Part shown: positions 9,109 to 39,288 of the stretch, one piece after another
Numbering within the stretch: position 1 is the first letter of the stretch
How the letters are laid out: the number at the start of each line of letters is the position of its first letter
DNA from: Macrostomum lignano
Taxonomy: Eukaryota
Reading direction: 5' to 3'
DNA: 64,000 bases
Assembly: GCA_002269645.1 (NCBI GenBank)
Contig: NIVC01001681.1
Coordinates: forward strand, 126,195 to 190,194
Position numbers and translations under genes: made by a program
Notes under the pieces: model-generated
Database searches by the model: none
Told to the model about the DNA's origin: nothing
The model's input: the letters and a program-made list of their open reading frames with translations, nothing else

Positions 9109-10330
9109 CTCAGCGAGTGCCACGCGCTGCCTTAGGCATTCAGCGGTAGCTGCCTGCTGTGCCACAGAGACGCGGACTCGATCGCAGATGTCGGAGTGCT
9201 TGGCCGCGAGCGTGCTGGCCACGGGCGCTCTGTCACTGCGAATGCTGTCCACGTTAAATAGGAATATCGGATTGCCCGGGTCCTGCGGGAAGAGTGGTTG
9301 CTAGGGTGAGCACAGGCAGCGAAACCATTGATAGGAAGCGCTAGCCGAGTCCGATATTTGAGTCGCGCATTAAAGCTCAAGCCCTTAGATCACTTCACAT
9401 TACCGAAATTGTCACAAATTCGAAAAGAAACTTTCTAAGAAATGACTTCTTCTGCTCTATTTAACACAGAATTAAACCGTCAATCAATCAAATTCTAGGA
9501 TCTATAACTAGGATGAGCAACAGGTCTCATTAGATCCTGTAGGAATATTAGCCAAATACCGAGTGTACTCACCAGACCAACATGGTACTGCTCAACCAGG
9601 TTGCTACCCTGCATATAGACGCCGCCAGAGGCTAAAAGCACCTGATTAGCTATTGGAACATTCAATGCAGATTGAAGCTCCTCCTGCAGTACTGTGATGC
9701 TAAAATTTGAAGTCATAATATTATGTTTCTTTATAATAGAGCCCTGCTATAGCTATGGTCTATGGATACAGCTACAAGTGTAGTTATGGGAACACATAAC
9801 TCCCAGATCTAGTTCTATCTAGTGATAGTTGGCCTTTCAATAACTGAGACTTAAAAGACCATTGGGGCCCTTAATTTCATTGGTGGGGGGGTAGTCCCCT
9901 GGGCTTAGGGACTCAAGCAAAACAGATTTTTAATGCCACATTTGGCTAAAGTTAATGCAGTGAATGCAGTCCCAGTCATTCTTCTAATACAATAAATAAA
10001 TGAGACCTGTTAATGAGTGAGAAACTAGGGACATTGGATTTAAAATTGTTAAAAGTTATCTGGGGAAAATTATGGGAAATTAAGTAGGTATACAGATTTG
10101 ATATGAATATGAATAGGCTACCATTACATAAAAATATACATAGCAATAGATAAGGATAAAGGAAAATGTAGGTCACAATGGACCTATAATTCATTAGAGT
10201 AAGAAAAAATACCTAAATGCTATTTTAGATACAAATAAAAAGTCACTCACCTTCTTTTTAAGAAGCCTGCATCTACTGTATGAATGGAACCATTGTCCAT
10301 CAAGAATATATAAATTGCTTCTTGATTCAT
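9109..10330 (-). CDS. RB1CC1: RB1CC1/FIP200 (Atg11/17-like), first 3 coding exons: 10330-10251, 9699-9573, 9282-9109; continues beyond the left window end
   Basis: Phase-compatible exons translate MNQEAIYIFLMDNG..., ANQVLLASGG..., DPGNPIFLFN, matching the FIP200 N-terminal ubiquitin-like region as I recall it (KLYVFLVNTG, QHQVLVVNGG, TNPIFLFN). Confidence 0.8.
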
Positions 10331-10856
10331 TGTATGTGAAATCAGTGCTGAAACATGAAACAATAATTAAAGATAGTTAAAAAGGTCAAAAAAACACAGA
10401 TACCAAATCATAATACATATAGTAAAGCACATTTATAGAGCATTATTAAAAGTATCACTAGGCATAATAAATATGTCATGTCTTTAATATTTTCTTTTAT
10501 AAAGTATATCTTATTATAAAACAATTTAAGAGCATTCTACTTCTATTTAGAAATTACAAATAAAGCTATACTATGCTAGGCTAGGTAATAAAAGGTCTAC
10601 CCAAAGTAAGTCACAAAAATGCCTAAGCTTACTTAAAAAAAGAAAAGAAGAAATAAAAAGGCAAAAGAGAAGGGAAAAAAGAGGCAAGGAAGTGAAAAAA
10701 GAAAATAAAAAGAAAAAGAAAAAAGCAAAAGCAGAGACTATATTGTACCCAAATGCAATTAAATCACAATTCTTGGGAAAAACTAAGTTGAATTAGGCCT
10801 ACTCAGGTAAAATTTTATAGTTGGGTATATATAAGTATAAAACCAAGCTATTTTTG

Positions 10857-11206
10857 GGAAATTTGCACGTCTGAGAAAAAGTAGAATTAAGAAGGTAAGC
10901 ACTATCATTTTTTATGCAACATGTTTCGCCTCGCGTCAGGCATCATCCGGCTCTTAAAATTAGTAATGATTTATTTGTTCATTAATATTTAACAATTAAG
11001 ACTAAGAACGGGTTGATAATCTACTGTTAATTTATATACGTACAATCTACGTACAATATACATACAATCTATGTACAATCTACTGTTAATTTTATATACA
11101 TTTCTAACTTTTATCGACCAATTCTTAGTCTTAATTGTTAAATATTAATGAACAAATAAGTTGTTACTAATTTTAAGCGCCTGAAGATGCCTGACGCGAG
11201 GCGAAA
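10857..11206. mobile_element. Penelope-like element remnant: ~95-bp inverted repeats carrying hammerhead ribozyme cores, with a 13-bp TSD
   Basis: Direct repeat CAAGCTATTTTTG at 10844-10856 and 11207-11219; CTGAAGA-TGCCT-GACGCG-AGGC-GAAAC at 11181-11207 and its inverted copy near 10917-10950. Confidence 0.7.
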
Positions 11207-12629
11207 CAAGCTATTTTTGTATATATTATTTGTTTTCATGAATATTAAATGATATTGAATGACAGTAATCCTATGACATATATCTATAGAAATAAATATA
11301 ATTCTATATTATAAAATATATGCTATTGCTATAATATACTTTTTTAATTTTAGGAATCTAGCATAGGATAGGAGGGCCTAGAGCTCTGTATATTGAATAT
11401 TGGATAACATTGTTAAACTAAAATAGGACTACTTCAAGTTCAAGCTCAAGTTGAAGCAAGTAAAGTGTTATTCCATTTTACAAATAACACTTTTTGAGCG
11501 ACAATCCCACAGAAGCTTAATCTTAACACCAAGAAAAATATTATCAACTGAGTTGACTTGGCTTTACACTACGGCAAGGAACCATGAATTAGGCCTATTA
11601 GAGTTAGGAACCAGCACCACCTCTGTCAGTAGTATTAATTTTTATTGTATTTCCCAAAATCAAATAAGTTCACTGTCGATCAGCTGATAATCATACACAA
11701 TAAAAGCGACAAATAATGCAAAAACAATATTTAGTCATATAAAATTAAAATAATTTATTAAACCGACACTATAGTCTATGACTTAAAGCCGATTAAAGCC
11801 ACAAAAGCGGAGAAAATGTTTAAGTTCAAAAAACCCGGAAAAGTACGAGTTAGACTTTTGAGTTCGTATATTTCGTGCTGGTAATTGTGTCATTCATCAT
11901 GCTAAAAATTCTTCAAATGCCTACTTATTACATAAAATTTATAACTTCCAACATCAGTCAAGTAACTAGTAGAACCACTATAGTTGCCTTAAGTGTTAAA
12001 ATCAAGGAGCTTGATCTTTTTGCGTAAAAATAAATATATTGAATTGGGATACCTTTTATTCAATGATTTCGACATAGAATTCTGTGGATTTCGGTCATTT
12101 CAGTCAGGACGATCAAACGTAAGGTTACAGGTACGAAATGCAAATTATTACATTCGATCAATTCAATGAAATCTAATAAATAATCCTACACAAAATAGCT
12201 TACACAACGTGCATTTTGGTGTACATTACAAGTAACATTTTACCATTGATTTACTTAATAACCAAAAACAAGGAATATTTTAGATTACATTAATTGGCTC
12301 AAGCACAGAAACAAATTACTGCATACGCTAAACACGTTAAGGTTAGATTAACAAACCATATTTTAAATATTTGCTAATTACAAACAAAAAGACACAAATG
12401 TATTCGCGAAAACAGAAGTTTTCTAATTTTTTAATATTGTAGGATTTTTTATTACTTTATGAAATTATTCAAAAACTGCTGTGTATTAGTGAGTAAGAAA
12501 TCGTCACCATTAATTTATTCTTTGCGAGTTGTACAAGCGTACAGTAAATATCTATAACGATATTGTAGTTTTCCACAGCTTGGCGTCACGTAGTCATCCG
12601 ATTTCGATTTCTGAAGCATTTTGATCTCA

Positions 12630-21704
<9,075 letters not shown>

Positions 21705-23476
21705 GCTGGTTGGTTTGTTTGTCTTAAACCTGAATGAAAAACTCTGACTGAACTCTCTGTCTTTAACACTGAAGCGGATCAACAGCAAAGCACTATGTCA
21801 GTTAAGCTAAAATGTTCCGGAAGAAAAATCTAAATTAAACCAATTGGGTCGTATTTATACAGCACGCGTGCACAAATAGGTTAGTGCAATTTGCTTACAG
21901 AATTCGAAATTTGAACTGACAACTAGAAAACTACTATGAGTAGCTAGCAGTTTTTTTCTGTCTCTGAATCCCCTCGTTTGTCACTGCGTACTTTTATATA
22001 AATAATTATTGTCATCCGCGTGCAGAAACTCAATCGAACTGGTGAGGTTGCTTCTGTTTTCAAATTTGAACTATATATTTGCATATATTCAGCAAACTCA
22101 AAAGCCAGGTTAAGTAGATCCGTGTGCAATTTAAATAAACCGCTCATCTTTTTTATGTTGAAAATTGAAATCCTATCCCTACTCTACTAAATATTGGTTT
22201 TCCTTAGTACTAAAATTAGTAAGTCCAGACAAAGTTTATCTAATAATCTAATTTGTCAGCCACGTCTCGCTGTCACCATTTTCTGTTTAGTTTAACTGTT
22301 TGGTCTGTTTTTCACTGTCGCTCTCTTTATAAGAAAATATGCAATTGTTTTCAGGTTGCAGAAATTTGAAATATAAAAAGAACTCAAATCAGCAAGTTGC
22401 AAGCTCTCCCTCTGCCACTCTCTCTTTTTCTCCTCTCGTTACTCTCGTATAACTGTCGAATGTTTTAACCCACAAAAGAAGCAGACTGTTTTGTATATTT
22501 TCTTCTTTTTTCAAAACTTCAAGACGGTCAAATCAGTATGGGGGAGCATATTCGTTGCAGACTACTAATGAGTAGGCTGAATCTGAGTTGCAATTAGTTT
22601 GTACATGTGCTGTAAACTTTGACTAGAAACTATCCAAGATTGATGGATAGGTGGATGGATCATTGGTTGGCTGCTTGTATGTTTCCGAAAATTCCTGTGT
22701 GTCAATGATTTGAAATTACAAATACTGCTTTTCAGAAAAGCACCCAGCCACAAAACCGCTTTTCTGCATTGCTATTCTGCGGGACGAATATTTGCATTGG
22801 AGATTAAAATACAACAGCAAAAAAATGCGACTACACGCATAATTGCAAACTGCTACTTTTAGTAGTAGCACAAAAGATAGGCTGAATAAGCGCGCATTAT
22901 CACGCGCGTTTCGTTGACGTAAGCAATCGAGAATGAGAAATGCCAAACACTGGCGCAAGCTCTGGTCGGTCAGTAGCGCGCAGTTGACAAGCAGGCGGCA
23001 AGCTAGTAATTCCAAACACAAGCGCGCAAAAAGTGTTTTAAAGAGTTAACCGCACAGATTTTGCTTTCATATTTGACTAATCAAGCTGCTACGGACCCCC
23101 AGTGAAGTCGACACAACCAGTGTCGCGCAGGCGACATTCATCTGGGGCTTGTGCAGCCAAACTACTGGCCTGGGGTTGTCGTGCAATTTACAGCCATGAG
23201 AGCCAAATCCCCCCCCAAGGCACAGAGTGTACATGTCTGACGATTAGAAAGTCGGGGCCGCTGTACACCCTGTGAGTGCGTGCCTGCGTACAGTATTGGC
23301 GCGCTGGTATTGTGCTCAGAAGCCAGCGGAATCCTGCGAAGGCCCGTAGCTTAAAACTTACTGCGCGATTTTGCTTAGATGGAGTTTTGCACGCTTGTGA
23401 ACATACACATGCAGGTAGCAAAAGTACATGCGAGTAAGCAGGCCTATGCCATGCCGCGGTTGTCTAAATTTTAGGG

Positions 23477-31547
<8,071 letters not shown>

Positions 31548-32394
31548 TATTTAATATAAATTCAAACCCTCTGGAAGAGGGGGGAGACACAGCGAGACAC
31601 CGAGAGAGAGAGAGAGAGAGAAGGAGAGAGAGAACCCTCGGGGCTCGCAGCGGCCGGGCGGAGACAAACACAGCACCAGCCGGCTCCTCCTCCCCGGAGT
31701 AAACACAGCTGGATAAGTCAAGTGGCGGTGTGAGCCCACCTGTGCTGCGCTGCCTGTTGCTTAGATTTGTGTTTGTATTTATGATTTTGTCCGCCTGTCT
31801 CCGGGCTTCTGTATACACGCGCGTGTTTGGCTCCGACTGTTTATCCCCCGGCTAGGAAATTTACATTTTACCAAATCGGCGCGGCAACCCCACAGATTGG
31901 CCATCGAGTCAGTTGCCGTGCGATCCGCCCCCGGCCCAATAGCGGACAGGCTGGCTGGTGGAAGCTAGAATATTCGCGCTAATCCCCCTCCCCCCACCGA
32001 ATTTCAATCTGGAGCCAATGGCGAGGCTTCTGACGGTTCCACTGAGATTTTGCCTAATATAATTCTGACAATGATAGCTGATTGTACGCTCCCTTTTTGT
32101 CTTTTTTTGGCTCAGAGGCTCCCGGGTTCGATTCCCTGGCGAAACTGGCCTGGCGAGTGTCTTCTTGTGAGAAACTGGTTTTTGCCATATTCCACAGCTG
32201 CTCCCCAATGTACATTTACCCGATGTACAAATTTCATCACGTGACTGCTTTCCCTCAATAAATATCCAACCACCCTCCTTATTTTTGCATTATAATAGCG
32301 TGAACTAAGTGTGAAATAATGATATTTGTGCTGGACAAAATACAAGTACGATGCACTTGTTTAGCATGTTGCTTTGTTGAACACCTCAGCTTAC

Positions 32395-34465
32395 ATACAT
32401 ACTGAACAATCTGCCATTATTCACCTCCGCTACATACTGAACAATCTGCCATTATTCACCTCCGCTACACACTGAACAGTCTGCCATTATTCACCTCCGC
32501 TACATACTGAACAATCTGCCATTATTCACCTCCGCTACATACTGAACAATCTGCCATTATATTATTCACCTCCGCTACACACTGAACAATCTGCCATTAT
32601 TCAACTCAGCTACACACTGAACAATCTGCCATTATTCAACTCAGCTACATACTGAACAATCTGCCGTTATTCAACTCAGCTACATACTGAACAATCTGCC
32701 ATTATTCACCTCAGCTACACACTGAACAATCTGCCATTATTCAACTCAGCTACACACTGAACAATCTGCTATTATTCACATCAGCTACATACTGAACAAT
32801 CTGCTATTATTCAACTCAGCTACATACTGAACAATCTGCCATTATTCAACTCAGCTACATACTGAACAATCTGCCATTATTCACCTCAGCTACATACTGA
32901 ACAATCTGCCATTATTCACCTCAGCTACATACTGAACAATCTGCCATTATTCAACTCAGCTACATACTGAACAATCTGCCATTATTCACCTCAGCTACAC
33001 ACTGAAAAATCTGCCATTATTCAACTCAGCTACATACTGAACAATCTGCCATTATTCAACTCAGCTACACACTGAACAATCTGCCATTATTCAACTCAGC
33101 TACATACTGAATAATCTGCCATTATTCACCTCAGCTACACACTGAACAATCTGCCATTATTCAACTCTGCTACACACTGAACAATCTGCTATTATTCAAC
33201 TCAGCTACACACTGAACAATCTGCTATTATTCACCTCAGCTACACACTGAACAATCTGCCATTATTCAGCTCAGCTACACACTGAACAATCTGCCGTTAT
33301 TCAACTCTGCTACATACTGAACAATCTGCCATTATTCACCTCAGCTACACACTGAACAATCTGCCATTATTTACATCAGCTACACACTGAACAATCTGCC
33401 ATTATTCACCTCAGCTACATACTGAACAATCTGCTATTATTCACATCAGCTACACACTGAACAATCTGCCATTATTCAACTCAGCTACACACTGAACAAT
33501 CTGCCATTATTCAACTCAGCTACACACTGAACAATCTGCCATTATTCAACTCAGCTACATACTGAACAATCTGCCATTATTTACATCAGCTACACACTGA
33601 ACAATCTGCCATTATTCACATCAGCTACACACTGAACAATCTGCCATTATTCAACTCAGCTACATACTGAACAATCTGCCATTATTTACATCAGCTACAT
33701 ACTGAACAATCTGCCATTATTCACCTCAGCTACATACTGAACAATCTGCCATTATTCACCTCAGCTACATACTGAACAATCTGCCATTATTCACATCAGC
33801 TACATACTGAACAATCTGCCATTATATTATTCACCTCCGCTACATACTGAACAATCTGCCATTATTCACCTCAGCTACATACTGAACAATCTGCCATTAT
33901 TCACCTCAGCTACATACTGAACAATCTGCCATTATTCACCTCAGCTACATACTGAACAATCTGCCATTATTCACATCAGCTACATACTGAACAATCTGCC
34001 ATTATTCACCTCAGCTACACACTGAACAATCTGCCATTATATTATTCACCTCCGCTACATACTGAACAATCTGCCATTATTTACATCAGCTACACACTGA
34101 ACAATCTGCCATTATTCACCTCCGCTACATACTGAACAATCTGCCATTATTCAACTCAGCTACATACTGAACAATCTGCCATTATTCACCTCAGCTACAT
34201 ACTGAACAATCTGCCATTATTCACATCAGCTACATACTGAACAATCTGTCATTATTCACATCAGCTACACACTGAACAATCTGCCATTATTCAACTCAGC
34301 TACATACTGAACAATCTGCTATTATTCAACTCAGCTACACACAGAACAATCTGCCATTATTCAACTCAGCTACACACTGAACAATCTGCCATTATTCACC
34401 TCAGCTACACACTGAAAAATCTGCCATTATTCACTCAGCTACACACTGAACAATCTGCCATTATT
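32395..34465. repeat. 35-bp minisatellite
   Basis: TACATACTGAACAATCTGCCATTATTCACCTCAGC units. Confidence 0.97.
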
Positions 34466-34519
34466 CTTAAAAGGATAACATGATCCTTTCACATGATGTA
34501 ATGCGTGTATGAGATACAA

Positions 34520-34660
34520 GGGGTCCGTCGCCCAGTGGTCTAGTGCGGCGCTTTGATGTCTGATATACCTGCGGCACAGGCTCGATTCCAAGTGCAGTCT
34601 CATTAATTTGGGGCTAAATCTTGGCTCTCTGCTCGTGCAATTTACGCCTTTGAGGGTAAC
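34520..34660 (+). mobile_element. tRNA-derived SINE
   Basis: A-box-like CGCCCAGTGG and B box GGCTCGATTCC; body shared with the copies at 17.9 kb and 46.7 kb. Confidence 0.7.
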
Positions 34661-35467
34661 TAAGTGACTGACAAAGTAATTCTTAGAAATGTGAATTTAA
34701 ATTTTCCAATACAAACCTTTTTGACTCACCAAAACAGGCTCCCTTTCCCAACCTTCACACGTGCTAACTAAGAAATGAAATTGTTGCTTTCGCACCCACC
34801 TGAGACGGGGCAGGTCTCGCTTCTTCGAAAGCGGAAAACAGCGCCGGTCCAAACTGAGTCTTACTTACCAGCCTGCGAGCTTCAGCATCTGATGCCAACC
34901 CAGTGACAAAAATATTTTTTATGACTATAATTGGGCTGGAGTGGTCGAACTGAATCATTCTTGGGTGTTGGCCAATACAATAATTACTATTCGGGACTGA
35001 ATCAATTCTTAGTCTGGTCCAATTTGCTGCCCAGTTCCAACAGCTGAGAGCATTTCTTCGCAATGGAAGACTCCGGCTTGACGGATGAGGAGAAGAAGCT
35101 GGCCAGATGTGGAGTTCGCTCAGGCATCTGTGGAATTGCTTGTTATTCAAATCCCTGTTTTCATTTCAACAGAGAAGATTTTGAGATATTCTTTATCACA
35201 GGTTTTCGCAGGGCTGTTCTAAGTTTAATGCAAGCGAGCTTTGAAACTTTTTCAGATCTTAATACATAAGGTTGGTCATATGCTTTTAAAATACGTCATC
35301 AGCCTCATAAGCCTGACGGGCATTCGGGATCTTCAACAAGGTTGAAAACAAATTGAGCATTTTGCTGTGAAGAATTAAATTACAAGTTATGCACTGATGG
35401 CGGCTCTCATATTGTGCGAGTTTAACACAACAATTTAGCTTTTTGGAAAGCAGAATCTTAATTATCA

Positions 35468-38411
35468 ATCTGTCCAATCATTCATCTCAACGATCTCATA
35501 GATCTACTGAACAAACTCATCGATCTACCCAAAAAAACCCATCAATCTACACAATTAAACTCATCAACAAACTCATCATCTACTCAACAATCTCATAAAA
35601 TATTCAACAATCTCATCGATCTACTCAACAAACTCATCGATCTATTCAACAAACTAATCGATCTATTCAACAAACTAATCGATCTATTCAACAATCTCAT
35701 GGATCTACTGAACAAACTCATCGATCTACTTAACAAACTCATCGATCTACTCAACAAACTCATCGATCTACTCAACAATCTCATCGATCTACTCAACAAA
35801 CTCATCGATCTACTCAACAATCTCATCGATCTACTCAACAAACTCATCGATCTACTCAACAATCTCATCGATCTACTCAACAAACTCATCGATCTACTCA
35901 ACAATCTCATCGATCTACTCAACAAACTCATCGATCTACTCAACAATCTCATCGATCTACTCAACAATCTCATCGATCTACTCAACAATCTCATCGATCT
36001 ACTCAACAAACTCATCGATCTACTCAACAATCTCCTGGATCAGCCCATTCAATATGCTGGTATTATCAGCAATCCGATTTGCTCAATATTAACGTGTTCA
36101 AGAAGCGTTCTTAATTGCAAGATGCCATTCGAATCTAACAACTGCCTAAGTCGCTGATCTGCTGGTACCCCCCCACTCTTCTGCAGACATCCCGATTGGG
36201 ATAAATATTTACGCGGGAGCAAATCCTCCATCTTGCATCCTTCTTGCACGTGTAGGTCAGGAGGGACATGGATGCCTTAGGCTAGATATCTGGACTTGAA
36301 GCAGATTATTGCAAATATAGATTTTAGAAGATGAAAAACTCGAAATAACTGTTTCTCTGTCTCTAGGGCTCCATGCCCGGGTTGGGGGGGGGGGGCTGTG
36401 GGGTCGAGCGAGGACCCACTAACAAAGTCTGCTGCTGCACAGAGAAACGAATAAACAAAAGACTGGCATGGCGCAGAAGAAGTGGTGTGGGAGGAAGCAG
36501 AGCGCTGTGATAGCTCGACAGGGATGGAATGCACTGGGGGATTTGCGTCCGTTGGAATCAACCAGAGCTTCAGCCCAACCTGCTCCTTCATTCAAAATAT
36601 CCCTGTCTCACTCTCTTTCACTCTGTCTACCGTTGGTGGATCTTCAAAACAAACTGTCAAAAAAGCCCTCGGCGACCCATGCGGGATTTTCATGTCAGAC
36701 CCCTCATCATAGCGGGGAGTTGGGGCACTGGGCTTGATGGATTGGAGCGATCATTTTTGCGGTTGAAGCAACAGTTTCCGGCTTTGGTCTATGGATAAGC
36801 CTCCTGGAACCTCTGCTGGCAGGAGGATGCAGCATTTTCAACAATAACGAGGTTTAATAACTAAACTGAATGTTTGAAGGCAGTTGCAGTTAAATATCCT
36901 ACTTTCTACAATTCAGGTAACTTCGGTTGAGTAGATCGATGAGTTTGTTGAGTAGATTGATGAGTTTGTTAAGTAGATCGATGAGCTTGCTGAGTAGATC
37001 GATGAAGTTGTTGAGTAGATCGATGAGTTTGTTGAGTAGATCGATGAGTTTGTTGAGTAGATCGATGAGTTTGTTGAGTAGATCGATGAGTTTGTTAAGT
37101 AGATCGATGAGTTTGTTAAGTAGATCGATGAGTTTCTTGAGTAGATCGATGAGATTCTTGAGTAGATTGATGAGCTTGTTGAGTAGATCAATGAGTTTGT
37201 TAAGTAGATTGATGAGGTTGTTGGGTAGATCGACGAGTTTCTTGAGTAGATCGATGAGTTTGTTGCGTAGATTGATGAGGTTGTTGGGTAGATCGATGAG
37301 TTTGTTGCGTAGATTGATGAGGTTGTTGGGTAGATTGATGAGTTTGTTGAGTAGATTGATGAGGTTGTTGAGTAGATCGATGAGTTTGTTGAGTAGATTG
37401 ATGAGGTTGTTGAGTAGATCGATGAGTTTGTTAAGTAGATTGATGAGTTTCTTGAGTAGATCGATGAGTTTGTTGCGTAGATTGATGAGGTTGTTGGGTA
37501 GATCGATGAGTTTGTTGCGTAGATTGATGAGGTTGTTGGGTAGATCGATGAGTTTGTTGAGTAGATTGATGAGGTTGTTGAGTAGATCGATGAGTTTGTT
37601 GAGTAGATTGATGAGGTTGTTGAGTAGATCGATGAGTTTGTTGAGTATATCGATGAGTTTGTTGAGTATATCGATGAGTTTCTTGAGTAGATTGATGAGT
37701 TTGTTAAGTAGATCGATGAGCTTGCTGAGTAGATCGATGAAGTTGTTGAGTAGATCGATGAGTTTGTTGAGTAGATCGATGAGTTTGTTGAGTAGATCGA
37801 TGAGTTTGTTGAGTAGATCGATGAGTTTGTTGAGTAGATCGATGAGTTTGTTGAGTAGATCGATGAGTTTCTTGAGTAGATCGATGAGATTCTTGAGTAG
37901 ATTGATGAGCTTGTTGAGTAGATCAATGAGTTTGTTAAGTAGATTGATGAGGTTGTTGGGTAGATCGACGAGTTTGTTGAGTAGATCGATGAGTTTGTTA
38001 AGTAGATCGATGAGTTTCTTGAGTAGATCGATGAGTTTGTTGAGTAGATTGATGAGTTTGTTAAGTAGATTGATGAGTTTCTTGAGTAGATCGATGAGTT
38101 TGTTGCGTAGATTGATGAGGTTGTTGGGTAGATCGATGAGTTTGTTGCGTAGATTGATGAGGTTGTTGAGTAGATCGATGAGTTTGTTGAGTAGATTGAT
38201 GAGGTTGTTGAGTAGATGATGAGTTTGTTGAGTAGATTGATGAGTTTGTTGAGTAGATCAATGAGTTTGTTGAGTAGATCGATGAGTTTGTTGAGTATAT
38301 CGATGAGTTTGTTAAGTAGATCGATGAGCTTGCTGAGTAGATCGATGAGATTGTTGAGTAGGTTGATGGGTGTACTGAGTAGATCGATTAGTTGCAAATG
38401 GTTGGATAGAT
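35468..38411. mobile_element. Foldback-like structure: 21-bp arrays in inverted orientation (35500-36035 and 36925-38395) around a ~0.9 kb spacer
   Basis: Left unit CTCATCGATCTACTCAACAAA, right unit its reverse complement; outer ends match (ATCTGTCCAATCATT vs reverse complement of AATGGTTGGATAGAT). Confidence 0.6.
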
Positions 38412-38936
38412 AGAGAGCACGCCAGCTGCATGAAATTCTATGGAAAATGGGCCAGAGTTTGACTATTTTGTTTTACCAAACCGTAGGTCAGCAAATACAG
38501 CGGATCGGCAGCTGGGAGCGCCGAGTTTCTTGCAGCTGCGGCTGGATGCAGCCGATTGGAAAGCTGAGTTCCCAATGATGATGCTGCGATGCTGAGAAAC
38601 ATTTATCCAAGCTCCTCCCATTATCTGTACTGCAGCTGGAGAGGATGATGGGACTGCAATCGACTGTATTTTTAGCGATATTGAAATGGAAAGTCAGCCT
38701 ATCTTACAAGGGATAAATTCAATATGATTATTCAACATCAGTGCCATGCGGTAGGTGCGCCTGATGTACAACGAAAAAAAAAACAAAATCACGCAAATAT
38801 AGACGACAAAGTTACAGCTATATTTTCAATATTTTACCTGATAATCTGACTTCTGTATGTAAATTTGAGTATTACAAATATCAGTTAATACAATTATCGT
38901 TTAGGTGAAGTTTATGAGCAGTCAAAGTCTTGAAAC

Positions 38937-39275
<339 letters not shown>

Positions 39276-39288
39276 GGCAGCCAAGAGG

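Noticed and set aside
32395-34465. CRISPR-like appearance of 32-35 bp arrays (also at 29.1 and 7.9 kb)
   Set aside because: Units are contiguous with no unique spacers; eukaryotic context and no cas genes.
34520-34600. tRNA gene
   Set aside because: A and B boxes are present but no convincing cloverleaf; the non-tRNA body is shared by three dispersed copies, so it is a SINE.
35593-38397. Leucine-zipper-like and Ser/Thr-rich ORFs
   Set aside because: Translations of the 21-bp satellite.
34760-38760. Possible exons of another gene (strong minus-strand donor near 34865; Cys/Trp-rich frames at 36.1-36.3 and 38.5-38.7 kb)
   Set aside because: Could not build a phase-consistent model or recognise a family.
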